NCBI GenBank assembly: GCA_009379845.1
Contig: WHSZ01000020.1
Coordinates: 11,817-75,816, forward strand
Reading direction: 5' to 3'
DNA from: Pseudonocardiaceae bacterium
Lineage (GTDB): Bacteria > Actinomycetota > Actinomycetes > Mycobacteriales > Pseudonocardiaceae
Length of the DNA: 64,000 nt
The first letter of the stretch is position 1. The number at the start of each line of letters is the position of its first letter. The notes below the pieces were generated by a model. It searched no databases. It had not been told where the DNA came from and was given only the letters and a program-made list of their open reading frames with translations. Of this stretch, positions 56,951-64,000 are shown one piece after another. The position numbers were made by a program, and so were the translations under genes.

Positions 56951-57856
56951 ATGGGCGGCGTGAACGAACAGCTACGCGTGGGGCTTGTCGGCGCCGGCCC
57001 GTGGGCAAGCTCGGTATCCGCGCCCGGATTGGCCGACCACCCTGGAACGAAGCTGGCTTCGGTGTGGACCCGCCGTCCCGAAGCCGCCCTCGAGCTCGCC
57101 GGGCGGCACGGCGCGTCCGTCGCGGACGACTGGGCGGCGTTGCTCGCCGAGGTGGACGCGGTGGCTTTCGCGGTGCCGCCCACCGTGCAGGCCGAGCTGG
57201 CGCCGGCGGCGGCCGCCGCCGGTAAGCACCTGATCCTCGAGAAGCCGCTTGGTCCGGACGTGCCGGCCGCGTCGCGGATAGCCGAGGCGGTCACCGAGGC
57301 TGGCGTGGTTGGCATGCTGGTGCTGACCAGACGGTTCGCCCCGGAGACCACCGAGTGGCTGGCCGAGTTGCGCCGGCTCGGCGGTTGGTCGGGCGGGGAA
57401 GGGAAATGGCTGTCCGGCGCGCTGCTGGCCGGGGACTACGTGGACTCGGCATGGCGGCAGTCCGAAGGGGCGCTGGCCGACGTCGGCCCGCACGCCTTCG
57501 ATCTGCTGGACGCCGCGCTCGGCGAGATCACCGAGGTGGTGGCCGCCAGCAGGACAGCCGACGACCTGTGGCAGGTGACGCTGGCGCACCGCGGCGGCGC
57601 GTACAGCACCTGTGCGCTCTCGCTGCGGCTGCCGCTGAAGCCGAGCGTGGTCGAGTTCGCGGTATACGGCGAGAACGGCTACCGCGCGCTGTCCGGAAAG
57701 GACACTCCGAACGAGGAGTGCTACGCCGCCTTCCTTGACGACTTCGTGGCCATGGTGGCCAGCGGCAACACATCGCATCCCTGCGATACGCGGCGCGGGC
57801 TGCACCTGCAGCGGATGCTCGATGCCTGTCGGCATCGAGCTCGTGAGTCTTTTTAG
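56951..57856 (+). CDS. Gfo/Idh/MocA-family oxidoreductase
   Basis: LRVGLVGAGPWASSV Rossmann N-terminus and HLILEKPL. Confidence 0.85.
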   Translation: MGGVNEQLRVGLVGAGPWASSVSAPGLADHPGTKLASVWTRRPEAALELAGRHGASVADDWAALLAEVDAVAFAVPPTVQAELAPAAAAAGKHLILEKPLGPDVPAASRIAEAVTEAGVVGMLVLTRRFAPETTEWLAELRRLGGWSGGEGKWLSGALLAGDYVDSAWRQSEGALADVGPHAFDLLDAALGEITEVVAASRTADDLWQVTLAHRGGAYSTCALSLRLPLKPSVVEFAVYGENGYRALSGKDTPNEECYAAFLDDFVAMVASGNTSHPCDTRRGLHLQRMLDACRHRARESF

Positions 57857-57869
57857 GTGCTATAACCCC
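57840..57869. repeat. low-GC palindromic element, copy 4 (left arm plus core only)
   Basis: TGAGTCTTTTTAGGTGCTATAACCC is identical over 25 nt to copy 3. The TAG stop of the oxidoreductase gene (57854-57856) lies inside the element. Confidence 0.75.
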
Positions 57870-57930
57870 GAAGCTGTGTCCGATGGCTCGATCCTGACGA
57901 GCAGATCTCGCTGACTCACGACACCCTGAC

Positions 57931-58386
57931 TCACGACACCTCGACCACCAGCTCGACCTCGACGGGCGAACCGAGCGGCAACTCGGCGACCCCGACCGCG
58001 GAGCGCGCGTGCTGCCCGGAGTCCTCGAAGATCTCCCTGAACAGCTCCGACGCGCCGTTCGCAACGGCGGGCTGGCCGGTGAATCCCTCCGCGGATGCCA
58101 CGAACACCACGGCCTTGACCACGCGCAGCACCGAATCGATGCCGACCAGCCCGTGCACCGCGGCAAGCGCGTTCAGCGCGCAGGTCCGCGCGTACCGCTG
58201 CGCCTCATCGGGACCGATCTCGGCGCCCACTTTCCCGGTCGCCGGCAGCGCGCCGTCCACAAGGGGCAGCTGCCCCGCGGTGAACACCAGCGAGCTGCTG
58301 CGGATCGCCGGCACGTAGGACGCGACCGGCGCGGCGACCGGTGGCAGTTCGATGCCGAGCTTGGCGAGTTGGTCGCTCCAGGCCAT
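57931..58386 (-). CDS. RidA-family protein (Rv3678c-like)
   Basis: 151 aa with a YjgF/RidA-type pattern: VFTAGQLPL...RSAVGVAELPLGSPVEVE. Confidence 0.88.
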   Translation of the reverse strand: MAWSDQLAKLGIELPPVAAPVASYVPAIRSSSLVFTAGQLPLVDGALPATGKVGAEIGPDEAQRYARTCALNALAAVHGLVGIDSVLRVVKAVVFVASAEGFTGQPAVANGASELFREIFEDSGQHARSAVGVAELPLGSPVEVELVVEVS

Positions 58387-58390
58387 CCCG

Positions 58391-58546
58391 CTACTCCTTC
58401 GGCCGCTTCAGGTAGGCCACGTGCTGCTCACCACTCGGGTTGGGCAGCACGGTCACCAGTTCCCAGCCGTCCTCACCCCACTGGTCGAGGATCTGTTTGG
58501 TGGCGTGGATCAGCAATGGCACCGTCGAGTACTCCCACTTCGTCAT
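58391..58546 (-). CDS. DUF4177 protein (Rv3678A-like)
   Basis: MTKWEYSTVPLLIHATKQILDQWGEDGWELVTVLPNPSGEQHVAYLKRPKE. This is the C-terminal part of an over-extended track ORF (58391..59260). Confidence 0.75.
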   Translation of the reverse strand: MTKWEYSTVPLLIHATKQILDQWGEDGWELVTVLPNPSGEQHVAYLKRPKE

Positions 58547-58615
58547 GCCCAGGAGGGTATCTGGCCACCCGGCACGTCCCCCGTCACCCGGGCCGGTGCT
58601 GATCGTTAGGCAAGC

Positions 58616-59524
58616 ATGCTGATCCGGATGCTCGCCGTGCTGCTGGGAGCGCTCTGCACGGCCGCACTGCTCACCGCCCCCAGCGCGGCGGCGGCCCAGC
58701 CGGGCACGGCCCAGCCGGGTGCCGGGCCGCCGGGGGCGAACGACTGGTCCTGCCAGCCGAGCGCGCGGCATCCGAATCCGATCGTGCTCACCCACGGGCT
58801 CGGCGCGAACGCCGCGATGAACTGGCAACGAATGGCGCCGATCCTCGCCGGCGAGGGCTACTGCGTGTTCGCGCTGACCTACGGCCGCGCGCCGAAAGCA
58901 CCGCCACCGCTCGACCGCCTCGGCGGCCTGCGCCGGATGGAGGAAAGCGCAACGGAGCTGTCCTCCTTTGTGGACAAGGTGCTGGCCAGCACCGGAGCCA
59001 CCAAAGTGGACATCGTGGGGCACTCCGAGGGCACCCTGATGCCGAGCTACTACGTGCGCTTCCTCAACGGGGCATCCAAAGTAGACAAGTACGTGTCGCT
59101 GACCCCGCTGTGGGAAGGCACCACGCTGGCCGGGCTGCCGGCGCTGTACCAGTTCGGCAAGCACCTCGGCCTCTCCGGCGTGGTGGACGAGGTGCTCGCC
59201 CGGTTCTGCGGATCCTGCCCGCAGTTCCTGCAAGGCTCGGACTACCTGGCCAAGCTGCACGCGGCCGGGGTGTTCGCGCCCGAGGTCACCTACACCAACA
59301 TCGTGACCCGGTACGACGAGGTGGTCATCCCGTACACCAGCGGGCTCGGATACGGGCCGAACGTCACGAACATCGTGCTGCAGAACGGTTGCCCGCAGAA
59401 TCTATCCGAGCATGCCGCCCTCGCGGTCGACCCGATGACCACCGGCCACGTGCTGAACGCACTGGATCCGGCGAACGCCGAGCCGGTGCACTGCCGACCG
59501 GGAGTCCCGATCGCCGGCGCCTGA
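58616..59524 (+). CDS. secreted lipase/esterase (alpha/beta fold)
   Basis: Signal peptide LAVLLGALCTAALLTAPSAAAA and nucleophile elbow VGHSEGT. Confidence 0.85.
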   Translation: MLIRMLAVLLGALCTAALLTAPSAAAAQPGTAQPGAGPPGANDWSCQPSARHPNPIVLTHGLGANAAMNWQRMAPILAGEGYCVFALTYGRAPKAPPPLDRLGGLRRMEESATELSSFVDKVLASTGATKVDIVGHSEGTLMPSYYVRFLNGASKVDKYVSLTPLWEGTTLAGLPALYQFGKHLGLSGVVDEVLARFCGSCPQFLQGSDYLAKLHAAGVFAPEVTYTNIVTRYDEVVIPYTSGLGYGPNVTNIVLQNGCPQNLSEHAALAVDPMTTGHVLNALDPANAEPVHCRPGVPIAGA

Positions 59525-59559
59525 CACGCCGCGCACGGCCACGGTTACGGTGGACCGCC

Positions 59560-59811
59560 GTGGAGACCTGGCGCATCTTCGCGACCGCGCTTCTTGGCAC
59601 CGGCGGCATCGTGCTGGTACTGGTCACGATGGCGCAGGTGCGCGAGCGTAGGAACAGCAGCACCGCGCAGGTGGCGATCTCGGGCGCGGTGGCGTTCACC
59701 CTGCTCGTGGTGATCGGTCTGCTGGTCGCGACCGTGCTGCCGGCAGCCGTCGCGTGGACAACGGTTGCCGTCGTCGGCGCGATCGCCGGGCTGCTGGTGC
59801 TGATCGATTGA
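59560..59811 (+). CDS. small membrane protein (3 predicted TM helices)
   Basis: This is the tail of track ORF 59110..59811. From GTG 59560 it reads VETWRIFATALLGTGGIVLVLV...AISGAVAFTLLVVIGLLVATVL...AVVGAIAGLLVLID, with strong GC3 bias. Confidence 0.5.
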   Translation: METWRIFATALLGTGGIVLVLVTMAQVRERRNSSTAQVAISGAVAFTLLVVIGLLVATVLPAAVAWTTVAVVGAIAGLLVLID

Positions 59812-59893
59812 GAACGACTGACGCCGATCGATCAAGCACCGCCGAGGCCGGAGTCACGCTCACCGGATCGGCCGCCACAGTTAGGCTGGTCGG

Positions 59894-60910
59894 GTGACTA
59901 CGCCCGTCCCCGGATCGAGTGTCGGCTGGACCGAGGAGATCGGCCGAGCTCGGCTGCACGTGGTCTCCGGCAAGGGCGGTACCGGCAAGACCACCGTCGC
60001 CGCCGCCCTCGGCCTGGCCCTCGCCCGTGGCGGGCGCCGGGTGCTTCTCGCCGAGGTCGAGGGCCGGCAAGGGATCGCCCAGATCTTCGACACCGAACCG
60101 CTGCCGTACGCCGAGAAACGCATCGCCTCCGCCCCGGACGGTGGCGAGCTGCACGCGGTACACGTGGACGCCGAGGCGGCGCTGCTCGACTTCCTCGACA
60201 TGTTCTACAACCTCGGGTTCGCCGGCCGCACGCTGCGCCGGATGGGTGCCATCGAGTTCGCCACCACGCTGGCACCCGGCCTGCGGGACGTGCTGTTCAC
60301 CGGGAAGCTGATGGAATGTGTGCGGCGGGTGGACTCGCACGGCCGGCCCGCCTTCGACGCCGTGGTGCTGGACGCCCCACCCACCGGGCGGGTGGTCAAG
60401 TTCCTCGACGTCACCAAGGCACTGTCCGACCTCGCCAAGACCGGGCCGATCAGGGGGCACGCGGACAAGGTGGTCAAGCTGGTGCACTCCCAGGACACCG
60501 TGGTGCACCTGGTGACACTCCTCGAGGAGATGCCGGTGCGGGAGACGCTGGACGCGGTGGCCGAGCTGGACGGCGCCGATCTACGCCCTGGCGCGGTGAT
60601 CGTGAACCGGGTACGCCCGCCGCGGCTGCCCGCGCCCGCCATCGCCACGGCGGCGAGCGGCCAGGTGGATGCCGCGCGGATGCGTGACGAGCTCACCGCG
60701 GCCGGCCTCGAGCTGGACGAGATGACACTGGACGGGCTGGTCACCGAAACCATGGAACACGCCGTGCGGATGCAGGCCGAACACACCGCCCGTGAGCAGC
60801 TTGCCGAGGCGGATCTGCCGGCACTCGAGTTGCCGGAACTGACCGGAGGCGTGGACACCGGAGCGCTCTACGAACTCGCCGATCTACTGACCGAACAGGG
60901 GGCACGGTGA
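59894..60910 (+). CDS. ArsA/Get3-like ATPase (Rv3679-like)
   Basis: P-loop [18 protein letters not shown] and VVLDAPPTG. Confidence 0.85.
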   Translation: MTTPVPGSSVGWTEEIGRARLHVVSGKGGTGKTTVAAALGLALARGGRRVLLAEVEGRQGIAQIFDTEPLPYAEKRIASAPDGGELHAVHVDAEAALLDFLDMFYNLGFAGRTLRRMGAIEFATTLAPGLRDVLFTGKLMECVRRVDSHGRPAFDAVVLDAPPTGRVVKFLDVTKALSDLAKTGPIRGHADKVVKLVHSQDTVVHLVTLLEEMPVRETLDAVAELDGADLRPGAVIVNRVRPPRLPAPAIATAASGQVDAARMRDELTAAGLELDEMTLDGLVTETMEHAVRMQAEHTAREQLAEADLPALELPELTGGVDTGALYELADLLTEQGAR

Positions 60911-62049
60911 GCGGGCCGGAACGGCTGCACGTCGACGACCTGCTGGATGATCAGGACACCGGGGTCGTCGTGTGCTGCGGTTCGGGCGGCGTCGGCAAGA
61001 CCACCAGCGCCGCGGCGCTCGCGCTGCGGGCCGCGGAGCGCGGGCGGCAGACGGTGGTGCTGACCATCGACCCGGCGCGCCGGCTCGCCCAGGCGCTCGG
61101 GCTCCGGGAGCTGGGCAACCACCCGAAGCGGGTCCGCATCGCCGGCTGGGAGCCGAAGGGCGAGCTGTGGGCGATGATGCTGGACATGCGGCGCACCTTC
61201 GACGACATGGTGCAGGCGCACGCCGGGCCGGAGCGCGCCGAGCAACTACTCGCGAACCCCTTCTACCAGACCATTTCCACGTCGTTCTCCGGCACCCAGG
61301 AGTACATGGCGATGGAGAAGCTCGGGCAGCTCGTGGCCACCGGCGAGTGGGATCTGATCATCGTGGACACCCCGCCGAGCCGCTCCGCCCTGGACTTCCT
61401 GGACGCCCCGCAGCGGTTGTCCGCCGCGCTGGACAGCCGGTTGCTGCGGATGCTCTCCGCACCGGCGCGGGCGAGCGGACGCGGTATCCGCAAGCTCGTC
61501 GGCACCGGCTTCAACCTGTTCGCCAAGGCGATCTCGACCATCCTCGGTGGCCAGCTACTCGCCGACGCCTCGGTGTTCATGCAGGCCTTCGACAGCATGT
61601 TCGGCGGTTTCCGGGAGCGCGCCACCAAGACCGCCGAGCTGCTGCGCTCGCCGGGCACCAGGTTCCTGGTCGTCGCCTCCCCCGAGCCGGACGCGCTGCG
61701 CGAGGCCGGCTACTTCGTGGACCGGCTGGACGGCGAGCGCATGCCGCTCGCCGGTCTGGTGGTGAACCGGACACATCCGGTGCTCGCCAGGAAACTCACC
61801 GCGAGCAGGGCGCTCGCCGTCGCGGAGAACATCCAGAACCCGCAGCGAGACGGCGACGCGTCAGTTGCCGGCGCGGTACTGCGGCTGCACGCGGACCGGG
61901 TCGAGCAGTCCGCACGTGAGCAGCGGCTGCTCGCCCGGTTCACCCGCGCACATCCGGTTGTCGCGATCGCCGAGGTGCCCGCGCTGGCTCGCGACGTGCA
62001 CGACCTCGACGGTCTCCGCGAAGTCGGCGAGCACCTCTGCCACCCGTGA
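60907..62049 (+). CDS. ArsA/Get3-like ATPase (Rv3680-like)
   Basis: P-loop [25 protein letters not shown] and IIVDTPPS. Its GTGA start overlaps the stop of the preceding gene. Confidence 0.85.
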   Translation: MSGPERLHVDDLLDDQDTGVVVCCGSGGVGKTTSAAALALRAAERGRQTVVLTIDPARRLAQALGLRELGNHPKRVRIAGWEPKGELWAMMLDMRRTFDDMVQAHAGPERAEQLLANPFYQTISTSFSGTQEYMAMEKLGQLVATGEWDLIIVDTPPSRSALDFLDAPQRLSAALDSRLLRMLSAPARASGRGIRKLVGTGFNLFAKAISTILGGQLLADASVFMQAFDSMFGGFRERATKTAELLRSPGTRFLVVASPEPDALREAGYFVDRLDGERMPLAGLVVNRTHPVLARKLTASRALAVAENIQNPQRDGDASVAGAVLRLHADRVEQSAREQRLLARFTRAHPVVAIAEVPALARDVHDLDGLREVGEHLCHP

Positions 62050-62053
62050 GGGA

Positions 62054-62398
62054 TCAGCCGACGCGCACGTCTTCCTCGGTGTGCTCGCGGCGGGCCTCGG
62101 TGAGTAGCTCGTACCAGGAAGTCACATCCGGCCGGCGCCGCAACACGGCGCGCCGCTCGCGCTCGGTCATCCCACCCCAGACGCCGAACTCGATCCGGTT
62201 GTCCAGTGCCTCGGCGAGGCACTCGGTACGAACCGGGCAGGATACGCAAACGACCTTCGCCTTGCGCTGCTCAGCGCCGCGAACGAACAGCTCCTCGGGA
62301 TCCTCGTCGCGGCAGGCGGCCCGCACCCGCCAGTCGGATTGGCTCGGCCCCGTGGCCTCGTTTGCCTGACCGTTTGGATGCCCCGAACCCAGGTACAT
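62054..62398 (-). CDS. whiB4: WhiB-family Fe-S transcription factor (WhiB4/WblA position)
   Basis: Cys pattern AACRDEDPEELF...VCVSCPVRTEC and a GVWGG turn. ATG 62398 chosen (the track ORF extends to 62488). Divergent from the PBP gene, as whiB4 is from ponA2. Confidence 0.88.
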   Translation of the reverse strand: MYLGSGHPNGQANEATGPSQSDWRVRAACRDEDPEELFVRGAEQRKAKVVCVSCPVRTECLAEALDNRIEFGVWGGMTERERRAVLRRRPDVTSWYELLTEARREHTEEDVRVG

Positions 62399-62522
62399 AA
62401 CGCCCCCAGCTTCCTTACGCCGCTCACGACCCTCCTGACCGGCACCTCCCCGGTGCCGGGCCGATCGACCGCGCCGCCTGCACGGCACCGCCCATCAAGC
62501 ACCTGTCGTGAGTCGTTGACGG

Positions 62523-62551
62523 ACGATAAGGGTATCTGGTTCCACGGACAA
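62523..62551 (-). promoter_or_regulatory. putative whiB4 promoter: TTGTCC - 17 nt - TATCGT (minus strand)
   Basis: The hexamers were read from the reverse complement of 62546-62551 and 62523-62528. There is no experimental support. Confidence 0.3.
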
Positions 62552-62639
62552 CACGATTGGCGCCGGTTATTCGGCTGTTCATGTCCGGTCGGTGCCCTGG
62601 ACGGCGTGGCGATTTTCCGGGAACGCGTACCCTGGCCTC

Positions 62640-64000
62640 GTGCATGCACGCGAAAGTCTGCTCAAACTTCTGGGGCTCTGCCTGCTAGCCGGAGTACTCG
62701 TCGCCGGACTGCTGTTCCCGGTAGCCGGTTCGATGGGCATGATGTCGAACAAGGCGAGCGACACGATCGACAACCTGTCCGCTGACGTGCTCACCAGCCA
62801 GCCGCCGCTGATCACCACGCTCACGGACGTGAACAACAAGCCGATCGCGCACCTCTACGAGCAGTACCGCGTGCCGGCCGGGCCGGACCAGATCTCCCGC
62901 ACCATGAAGGACGCGTTGATCTCCGTCGAGGACCGGCGGTTCTACGACCACCAGGGCGTTGACTGGAAGGGCACGATCCGCGCGGCGATCACCAACCAGG
63001 CATCCGGCGACGTGCAGGGCGCGTCCACGTTGACCCAGCAGTACGTGAAGAACTACCTGATCAACGTGTCGTACCGGAAGGACGAGGGCGAGCAGCAGCG
63101 GGCGCAGGAGCAGACCATCGCCAGGAAGGTCCGGGAGGCACGGATCGCGCTGCAGCTCGAGCAGAAGATGAAGAAGGAGGACATCCTCGCCGGCTACCTC
63201 AACGTGGTGGAGTTCTCCCAGCAGATCTACGGCGTCGGTGCCGCCGCGCACGCCTACTTCGGCACCACCCCGGACCAGCTGAACGTGCCGCAGTCCGCGC
63301 TGCTGGCCGGCCTGGTGAACAACCCGGTGGTGAACGATCCGTGGAACAACCCGCAGCGGGCACTCCAGCGCCGGAACACCGTGATCGACCGGATGGTGGA
63401 CAACAAGAAGCTGGCGCCCGCGGATGGCGAAGCGGCCAAGAAGTCCGAGCTCGGCATCCTGCCGGAACCGAACAAACCGGCGCGCAGCTGCCTGTCCGCG
63501 GATCCGAAGTACGGCTTCTTCTGCCAGTACGTCGAGGAGTACTTGAGCAACGCCGGCTTCGACAAGGAGACGCTGTACTCCGGTGGGTACACGATCCGCA
63601 CCACCCTCGACCCCAAGGTCACCAACGAGGCCAAGGCCGCAGCCGAGCGAGGGGTACCGAAGACGCAGGAGGGCGTCGCGAACACGATGTCGGTCGTCAA
63701 GCCCGGCAAGGACAAGCACCGGGTGTCCGCCCTGGTCGCCAACCGGGACTACGGGGTGAACGCCGCGGCGGGGCAGACGACCTACGGGCTGCCCAACCGG
63801 GTGGCGAACATGTTCGGCGCCGGATCCATCTTCAAGATCTTCACGGCCGCCGCCTCACTGGAAAGCGGCATGGGCATCCAGAACATCGTGCAGGTGCCTG
63901 GCAGCTACGCGTCGAACGTCTTCCTCGGTGGCGCGCCAAGCTGCCCGCCGTCCGGCTACTCGCACCAGTACTGCGTGCGCAACGCGGGGGACTACGCCGG
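62640..64000 (+). CDS. ponA2: class A penicillin-binding protein (GT51 transglycosylase / transpeptidase), partial (3' end off the window)
   Basis: Not in the track because no stop lies in the window. My translation from GTG 62640 reads VHARESLLKLLGLCLLAGVLVAGLLFPVAGSMGMMSNKASD...ISVEDRRFYDHQGVDWKG...GASTLTQQYVKN, which carries the GT51 motifs. Confidence 0.9.
   Translation, partial: MHARESLLKLLGLCLLAGVLVAGLLFPVAGSMGMMSNKASDTIDNLSADVLTSQPPLITTLTDVNNKPIAHLYEQYRVPAGPDQISRTMKDALISVEDRRFYDHQGVDWKGTIRAAITNQASGDVQGASTLTQQYVKNYLINVSYRKDEGEQQRAQEQTIARKVREARIALQLEQKMKKEDILAGYLNVVEFSQQIYGVGAAAHAYFGTTPDQLNVPQSALLAGLVNNPVVNDPWNNPQRALQRRNTVIDRMVDNKKLAPADGEAAKKSELGILPEPNKPARSCLSADPKYGFFCQYVEEYLSNAGFDKETLYSGGYTIRTTLDPKVTNEAKAAAERGVPKTQEGVANTMSVVKPGKDKHRVSALVANRDYGVNAAAGQTTYGLPNRVANMFGAGSIFKIFTAAASLESGMGIQNIVQVPGSYASNVFLGGAPSCPPSGYSHQYCVRNAGDYA

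Noticed and set aside
62505-62540. A possible fifth, degenerate copy of the palindromic repeat in the whiB4-PBP intergenic region (GTCGTGAGTCGTTGACGGACGATAAGGGTATCTGG).
   Set aside because: Only the 10-nt GTCGTGAGTC and a loose AAGGGT(T)AT match the family. The GGTGCTATAACCC core is absent. It also overlaps my candidate whiB4 promoter.

Overview
Very GC-rich actinobacterial chromosome (third codon positions are almost all G/C; the gene content looks Pseudonocardiaceae-like). As I recall the gene order, the window is the conserved core block running from topA to whiB4-ponA2 (M. tuberculosis Rv3646c-Rv3682, S. coelicolor SCO3543-SCO3580). In order it holds: topA; an SftH/MrfA-like DUF1998 helicase; a PrimPol-like protein; the Tad/Flp pilus operon with ssd; a HAD-IB phosphatase; acs; a holin-like membrane protein; an alpha/beta hydrolase; marP-nudix-tlpA-nth; crp; an MBL hydrolase; RidA; DUF4177; an ArsA-like ATPase pair; whiB4; and a class A PBP. 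Lineage-specific insertions sit between these genes: an NB-ARC/TPR STAND NTPase; a GntR(HutC)-controlled choline-kinase-like/HAD/dimethylglycine-oxidase cluster; a TipA-like MerR; hppA; a secreted NagZ-NamZ-AmiE-like set with murR-murQ for MurNAc recycling; POT and NhaA transporters; an orphan PPE-like/EspG pair; and a lipase. I found no integrase, transposase, CRISPR array, tRNA/rRNA or recognisable defence island. The non-obvious signals are all non-coding. (1) A 6C-type sRNA with two C-rich hairpin loops lies on the minus strand between ssd and the HAD gene. (2) A candidate Ms1/6S-like sRNA locus with a strong terminator lies downstream of the HAD gene. (3) A low-GC palindromic intergenic repeat family has four copies, and its arms contain or abut the stop codons of flanking genes. 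(4) About 1 kb of T-depleted non-coding sequence lies upstream of the Tad operon, with two DnaA-box matches and a G-tract array. (5) HutC-type palindromic operators bracket a small catabolic cluster. (6) Perfect in-frame 12-nt tandem repeats are inserted in the N-terminus of the helicase. I cannot point to a clearly novel multi-gene protein system. The repeat family and the long non-coding tract are the most likely undescribed items. Start codons were refined by eye from RBS position and homolog N-termini and are less certain than the stops.
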